From an uncultured archaeon (lineage in GTDB: Archaea; Asgardarchaeota; Thorarchaeia; Thorarchaeales; Thorarchaeaceae), in assembly GCA_964458565.1 (NCBI GenBank), contig CAYWJO010000008.1, forward strand, positions 37,995 to 101,994: a stretch of DNA of 64,000 nt, given 5' to 3'. Positions 58,592 through 64,000 of this stretch are shown here, piece by piece. Both the position numbers and the translations under genes were made by a program. The notes beneath the pieces are model-generated. The model did no database searches and had not been told where the DNA came from. It saw only the letters and a list, made by a program, of their open reading frames with translations. Numbering within the stretch: position 1 is the stretch's first letter; each line of letters begins with the position of its first letter.

Positions 58592-58875
58592 ACTCTTATT
58601 TGATTTATTTCGTCAAAGTGACTTCTACGATTTTTTCCTATCATGCACATTCTCATTATAGCGTAGAATAAACTCCAACAGCTCCAACTCCGACTAATAG
58701 TAGTACGATTTGGGTTTTTCATTTAATTGATATTTCACATCTACTTCTGGAATAGGTGATGCATTTGCGAATTATCAGAATCATCTTTTTCGTAGAGGTG
58801 CGATATCACGAAATTAGGGGCAACATCTTAATATATTCAGGTCGAGTAGATTGGATTGTAATGAGGTAGTCACCC

Positions 58876-60276
58876 ATGCATAAACAGATTTCAACGCTCC
58901 TTCTAACATTGCTTCTGTTCAATTCAATATACGTATCATATGCACTAGGTATGCACTTCACGCTTTCCCAAGTCTATACAGTTGAGGAAGAAGCAGAGTC
59001 CCTTTTCTCGGGAGTGTTTGATGGTATTCGTGATTTGTTCATTCACGATATGTGTCTAGGACCTGACTTGAATGCATACTCTATATGCACTCACTCATCA
59101 GAGGGTGATGATGGTCTGAAATCCGTTTTACACATTGTGAAATGGAATCAAGAAGCTCAACCTATCTGGGCGACTGTGTGGAATACAAACGGTTCAGTAT
59201 ATCCTGACAAAATCATCTCAAGCGATGATGGAATCTTTATTACTGGGCGATACTCCGAGAACAGTGAAATGAAGCTCTTTCTACTCTGTTACAGCCATTC
59301 AGGGGAAGAGCTATGGGTTCGTTATTTCTCTGAAGGTGTACGAAATGAAGGTTATTCCTTAGCGACAACGAAGGATGGGTCCATTTATGTCGGTGGTCAT
59401 GTCCGGTGGAATATAATGGGTGCAGAAGAGTGGAATGCTTCAGCCATTATACTGAAATATGATTCTTCAGGTGAGTTACTTTGGCAATGGGAACGCGACC
59501 TAGGTGAGTATTTCTGGTATCTACAAGTTAATGCATTAGTATCTCATGATGAATCCATTTATGTGGAAATACCTGGATTTCATTATTTAGAGAAACTGAA
59601 TCCCTTGGATGGATCAGTGCTTGATGGAATCTCAATAGAAAACAGTACATATTACCATCGCCACAAAATATCACCAAGCGGGGATTTTGTATCAGCTGAA
59701 GGCGGACTCATATATCAAATAAGTTGGTTTAATACAACCACAGGAACTGAAGAGTGGTCGTACGAACCCCCACTTATTTGGTCACTCTTGGGTCCTAGTA
59801 TCGAGCAAAATGGTGGGTTCGATATAGCACCTGATAATAGTGTGTACACTCTTTGCAAGCTACAAGTGAACGAGAATGACACCTGGATTCTAACAAAATT
59901 CGATGAACGAGGTTCTATGCTATGGACTCGCTCGTTGAACTTTGATGATTTCTTTGTTAGAGGAATTGAAGTTGCTAATGATGGTTCGATATATATCGGG
60001 TCTGGAACAGCTCAGGGAGATATTGTCCTCCACATTTACAAAATTGGTGAGTTCACGCCCTATTGGCAAACCACATCATCAACAGGTCCATCAATAAGTC
60101 CAACTACACCACCAGAAGAGGAATCATTATTGATGCTAATTCTATTGATTCTTGGTATTGTAGGAATCATAATTGTTGTTCTATTGATTATACGGAAAAG
60201 AATACATAAGGCAATAGATGAGAATTGGATCGACAACTCGAGTGAATCCTCGATAAGTGAAACAAATTCAGGTTAA
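58876..60276 (+). CDS. Cell-surface beta-propeller protein
   Basis: Signal peptide, repeats of type DGSIYVGG / LKYDSSGELLW / KFDERGSMLW, Thr/Ser/Pro linker, TM and RKR. Confidence 0.75.
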   Translation: MHKQISTLLLTLLLFNSIYVSYALGMHFTLSQVYTVEEEAESLFSGVFDGIRDLFIHDMCLGPDLNAYSICTHSSEGDDGLKSVLHIVKWNQEAQPIWATVWNTNGSVYPDKIISSDDGIFITGRYSENSEMKLFLLCYSHSGEELWVRYFSEGVRNEGYSLATTKDGSIYVGGHVRWNIMGAEEWNASAIILKYDSSGELLWQWERDLGEYFWYLQVNALVSHDESIYVEIPGFHYLEKLNPLDGSVLDGISIENSTYYHRHKISPSGDFVSAEGGLIYQISWFNTTTGTEEWSYEPPLIWSLLGPSIEQNGGFDIAPDNSVYTLCKLQVNENDTWILTKFDERGSMLWTRSLNFDDFFVRGIEVANDGSIYIGSGTAQGDIVLHIYKIGEFTPYWQTTSSTGPSISPTTPPEEESLLMLILLILGIVGIIIVVLLIIRKRIHKAIDENWIDNSSESSISETNSG

Positions 60277-60320
60277 TAGAATAGTCAGATATAAATTAGA
60301 TATTCAATTGGTTTACAAGA

Positions 60321-61022
60321 GTGGTTGTTATGAGGATTCAACGTTCATTTGCAGGTATATTATCCATATTATTTGCGATAATCAATTTAGTCACAGTTGT
60401 GTTGCTTCTCTCTTTTAGCTATGTCACGTTCTATTATGGCCCGGAAGAATGGACCGCAGGCGTTCAGAATATAATCTATGTTACTATGGTCTGGGGAATA
60501 TTGAATTCAATTATTGCCTCGACTATTACAATATCTCACTATATCTTTCCTACCCAATTGAATAACAGAAAGCGGTTTCTACCCGCAATTTCTATGATAT
60601 TAGGTTCGATTCTTTTCGCAATCGCATTTTTTGGGTTACTTGAATTCATTAGTTTCACAAATGAGATTCAGGGTGCGCCAGATATAATTATTCCAAATGC
60701 ACTACGCAGGCTAGAGGGGATCGGATTCATTATCTCTTTATATTTTGGATTCGGATTTGTTTTCTTCTGTGGATTAGGTATTGGAACCTTGGTAATTTGG
60801 GATTCAGAGGAACATATACAACATGTTCTGCGTTTATTAGGTCTGAGTTTGGCTGTCTATGGATTTGTCCTGGGTTTATTCGTATTTTATCAAGGAATTC
60901 CTGAACTAGGTCTTCTTCTCGCTGATGTTATGATTCCTATAGGTTTCGTCTTTCTCTCAATCTGGATGTTTGCATTTGGTTATAGGCTGTTAAAGCCAGA
61001 ATCAAAGAATCACTTGGATTAA
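60321..61022 (+). CDS. Hypothetical 6-TM membrane protein
   Basis: Hydrophobic segments. Confidence 0.65.
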   Translation: MVVMRIQRSFAGILSILFAIINLVTVVLLLSFSYVTFYYGPEEWTAGVQNIIYVTMVWGILNSIIASTITISHYIFPTQLNNRKRFLPAISMILGSILFAIAFFGLLEFISFTNEIQGAPDIIIPNALRRLEGIGFIISLYFGFGFVFFCGLGIGTLVIWDSEEHIQHVLRLLGLSLAVYGFVLGLFVFYQGIPELGLLLADVMIPIGFVFLSIWMFAFGYRLLKPESKNHLD

Positions 61023-61123
61023 AAGGGAAAAAATCATTTCATCAATTTGAATATTGCTATAATTGTGACAATTATTAAGCACGCGGATGTACTCAAATCA
61101 GTCATTCCTGGAGTCTGAGTGAT

Positions 61124-61702
61124 TTGGCGAAATTTCAATTCATTGCTTCACTGATGATTCTGTTATCAAGCGTGAACATGGTTTATGCAATTTCTCCTAT
61201 ACAGAACTCTAACACTACTGCACTTGGCTACAGTTGTGAAGGTAACGCTGTTCCTGTCGAATCAAATCTGCTAAAACTCAATGAAAGTGTCTTCACAATT
61301 GATATGGATATAGCACCCGATGGAAGTATCTATTCGCTTTGTAGAACTGGATACTATACCGGAGAACCTGGTGAAAACTATCTCATGATAGTGAAATGGA
61401 CCCGAGAGGCTAGATATATCTGGCATGCAATCTGGAATGTTTCTGACTATATCAGTGCAACTGACCTCGCGGTTAACGATGACGGTGTCTATGTGACAGG
61501 TTCAATCCCATCACCCGAGGGTTCAAGGGTCTTCCTAGTCAAGTATAGTCATTCAGGTGAATATGTTTGGGTACAGTATTGGTACCAGGGTGAATCTCAA
61601 TACGGAACCATGGTGAATTTCGGGTTGGATGGTTCAGTTTATGTTGGCGTTGTGATGCTTTGGGAAAGCCCCCCAAGGCATTCAGTAATAGAAGGAACAA
61701 AA
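61124..61702 (+). pseudogene. Truncated beta-propeller surface protein (paralog of 58876), running in-frame into an ATP-cone gene
   Basis: Signal peptide, IVKW...IWHAIWN, DDGVYVTG, YSHSGEYVWV, DGSVYVG match the first half of 58876; similarity stops at ~61665. Confidence 0.55.
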
Positions 61703-62008
61703 ATGCAAGTTAGAAAACGTGACGGCTCTACTGAAGCATTCATGCCAGAGAAAGTCGTCGTTAGCATTGTGAAATCTGGTGCTCCTTACAAAGACGCAAG
61801 AAGCATCGCTGACTCATTATCGAATCGTAATGAAAAGATAATGGAAACTACTGATGTCAGAGAATTTGTACATTCCGAACTCAAGTCAAGGGGACACAAA
61901 TCCTCAATTGAGAATTGGAACAGATACGAGACAGAGGAAAAGAGTAGTCGGACTCAAGCTCCTACACATCGATCTGAACATACAAGTGCTCATATGACAC
62001 ATGCATAG
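61703..62008 (+). CDS. ATP-cone domain protein
   Basis: MQVRKRDGSTEAFMPEKVVVSIVKSG...TTDVREFVHSEL; own ATG preceded by GAAGGA. Confidence 0.75.
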   Translation: MQVRKRDGSTEAFMPEKVVVSIVKSGAPYKDARSIADSLSNRNEKIMETTDVREFVHSELKSRGHKSSIENWNRYETEEKSSRTQAPTHRSEHTSAHMTHA

Positions 62009-62021
62009 TCAATATCTCCTT

Positions 62022-62134
62022 ACGAGTTGTGAATAACTCATTTGTGAAAAAATCTAAGCCTCCGAAACGAGGAGTGTTGCATCTTGATGCTACACACACC
62101 CATTTCGTGAGTCCTTAGATACTCGTTTTTTTTT
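62022..62134 (+). ncRNA. Candidate multi-hairpin RNA element ending in T9
   Basis: ACGAGT/ACTCGT and ATCTAAG/CTTAGAT long-range pairs enclosing CCTC-cgaaac-GAGG and GTGTTGCAT-cttg-ATGCTACAC. Confidence 0.35.
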
Positions 62135-62208
62135 GACACCTACAAACCACTGGTTCATAAAGCGTATATTCTCAGAAATCAAGTATTATTCAAGAAGAAC
62201 TGAGATCA

Positions 62209-62379
62209 ATGTCGCATAAGCATCAAAGAAAGAATCACAAGAAATCGTCATTGCGGACTATTCCCCCTGCATATGCAGAATTTCCTCCAATGATAACTCG
62301 TTGGACAACTGATATTGATAGATATGCAAGACATAAGCATCACAAACTGCCGCGTGCTCTCAGACACCACTACGATTAG
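62209..62379 (+). CDS. Small His/Lys/Arg-rich hypothetical protein (56 aa; not in the ORF track)
   Basis: MSHKHQRKNHKKSSLRTIPPAYAEFPPMITRWTTDIDRYARHKHHKLPRALRHHYD; sits in otherwise empty intergenic space. Confidence 0.35.
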   Translation: MSHKHQRKNHKKSSLRTIPPAYAEFPPMITRWTTDIDRYARHKHHKLPRALRHHYD

Positions 62380-62649
62380 GTTAGAGTCGTTGTAGATCGT
62401 ACATCAATATCCCTCCGATTTTTTTGATATCATATCAAATAATTAGTACTATCATGAAAAACGGCCCAATTCGTAATTCTATTCCTTGCATCTTCATCTC
62501 TCAGCTTTATTTTTTTCATTAGATACAATAGCTTCAAATAAAGCGTAACATTCCATTACCAATTCTGTCGTCATGGGACAATTAGATTGTCAGTTGTTGT
62601 CTTAATCGATTCAGTCCTCTCAATCAAAAGATAGATATTCAGGCTTGAA

Positions 62650-63912
62650 TTGCAAACAATCACGCGAAGATGTTGGAGGGATAACATCACTTTGACCGAA
62701 GACTCACAGTTCGACTCTGATTCCAGTGAAGCACAAGGTAGTTATCGCTTTCTTGGACCGATTCTTTACTTCCTTTTTGCAGTAGGTCCCTTGGTTTCCA
62801 ATGCTGTTCTTGTGTTACTTGGTGCCATATCTGCTGACTTTGTAGTCAATCCAACAGCTGTCTTGATTGCGTACCCTGCGTTTATGTTTCCCTTTGCAAT
62901 TCTCCAATTATTTTCAGGGGCAATCAGTGATGTGTATGGTCGGGTCGTATGTATTGTTGGCGGACTTGTTATATTCATTGTTGGAATAGTGATTATAACA
63001 CTCTCAACATCCATCGAATTACTCGCAATAGGAAATCTTGTAGCAGGAATCGGATTTGGATTTGCTAATCCCGCATTACTTGCTCTGTTATCAGATTCCA
63101 CATTTCCCGAAGATATACCCCGAAGAATGGGGATTGCATCTGCTCTGGCGACCTTTGGTGTTGGACTAGGTCCTTTCATAGCAGGGCAAATGGTTGTATT
63201 AGGTTGGCAATCATACTACATTCTGTTTCTAATCATAGTGATTATTAGTACTATTTTATTAATGGTTACCGATCGACCTCCCAAACGTGTTCACGGTGAA
63301 ACAGGTATCAGAGTTTTTCTCTCCAATCTTGGTACTGAAATCAGAAGACCTATTGTAATCTTGATGTTATTGACAGCATTTATGGTTTCATTGACCTATA
63401 TGGGAACTCTGATTTGGACCTCACGTGGATTGACTGGTGCTCTAGATGAAACTCTTATTGGCGTTCTTCTCTTATGTGCAGGTATATCCAGTGGTGTTGC
63501 AGGATTTCTTCTAGGTTCAATAGTCCGAAGATATTCATACGAACCTCCACTTGCGATTGGATTTGTTGCATTGCTTGGTGGTGCTTCAATCCTCATTCTC
63601 GCTGGGGATATTACTCTTGCAAGTTCCACAATATTGGTACTTCTTGGGCTCGTTGCCGTAGGTTGGGGTGGGGGACTGCTCTTTCCAATTGTGATTACAT
63701 ATAGCCAGGTATTCTCACCAGAAAGGCGTGGTGTGCTTACCGGAGTAGTCACTTTCGCATTCTTTCTGGGGCTGGCTCTCATCCCATCAATCTATGAGCC
63801 GTTGTTCAATGTTGGTATGACCTTTGTTTATGTAGGAATTCTACTGGCATCAATAATTCTTATGGTTCTCTTTGTTATTCTGCATCGTGCGTTGCAATCG
63901 AATGCTTCCTGA
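62650..63912 (+). CDS. MFS transporter (DHA1-like)
   Basis: GAISDVYGR (motif A), GVGLGPFIAG (motif C), ERRG; about 12 TM helices; start probably TTG 62692. Confidence 0.88.
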   Translation: MQTITRRCWRDNITLTEDSQFDSDSSEAQGSYRFLGPILYFLFAVGPLVSNAVLVLLGAISADFVVNPTAVLIAYPAFMFPFAILQLFSGAISDVYGRVVCIVGGLVIFIVGIVIITLSTSIELLAIGNLVAGIGFGFANPALLALLSDSTFPEDIPRRMGIASALATFGVGLGPFIAGQMVVLGWQSYYILFLIIVIISTILLMVTDRPPKRVHGETGIRVFLSNLGTEIRRPIVILMLLTAFMVSLTYMGTLIWTSRGLTGALDETLIGVLLLCAGISSGVAGFLLGSIVRRYSYEPPLAIGFVALLGGASILILAGDITLASSTILVLLGLVAVGWGGGLLFPIVITYSQVFSPERRGVLTGVVTFAFFLGLALIPSIYEPLFNVGMTFVYVGILLASIILMVLFVILHRALQSNAS

Positions 63913-64000
63913 GTATAGTCTTCAGAAATTACATACTCGAAAGACTTATTCTTTCGTTAGGGACGCGAATTCTTGGTTGGAGAGTTACCTTTGAAGATGA

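Noticed and set aside
90-63782. Numerous short antisense or alternate-frame ORFs in the track (e.g. 90-347, 33240-33827, 40250-40813, 55723-56118)
   Set aside because: They are shadows of well-supported genes and carry no recognisable motifs.
1-64000. Mobile element, prophage, CRISPR array, rRNA or tRNA
   Set aside because: No transposase or integrase motifs, terminal repeats, repeat-spacer periodicity or RNA gene signatures were seen.

Overview
Archaeal genomic DNA: AT-rich, two TFB genes, frequent TTG/GTG starts, NosD-type surface proteins and a giant polytopic membrane protein. An Asgard (Thorarchaeia-like) origin is my inference, not demonstrated. Positions 1-38 kb form a bioenergetic island. 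It holds four FAD-linked oxidase (GlcD-fold) genes, each paired with a CCG-domain Fe-S (GlcF/HdrD-like) gene. It also holds a multiheme cytochrome c with non-canonical heme motifs, two paralogous monoheme cytochrome c-Ig proteins linked to His-rich membrane domains, a System I* cytochrome c maturation set (ccmABCDE plus a ccmF-TPR fusion) and a complex I-like operon in the order nuoA-J-K-C-D-H-I-M-L-M-N. That operon has no nuoB and no nuoEFG/fpoF. The only NuoB in the window is fused in-frame to the C-terminus of the FAD-oxidase at 727-2661. The operon also has two NuoM-like subunits, a 26-residue duplication in the NuoL transverse helix and an atypical NuoD active site. The best candidate for an undescribed system is a four-pump ('2M') complex I-like enzyme with a flavoprotein/CCG module covalently attached through NuoB. 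The region 38-64 kb is mostly housekeeping and surface genes: AcdA, kinase, SSB, receiver domain, CoA-disulfide reductase, macro/Nudix genes, tandem TFBs, beta-helix and beta-propeller surface proteins and an MFS transporter. It also contains two candidate structured RNAs. I found no rRNA, tRNA, CRISPR array or mobile element.
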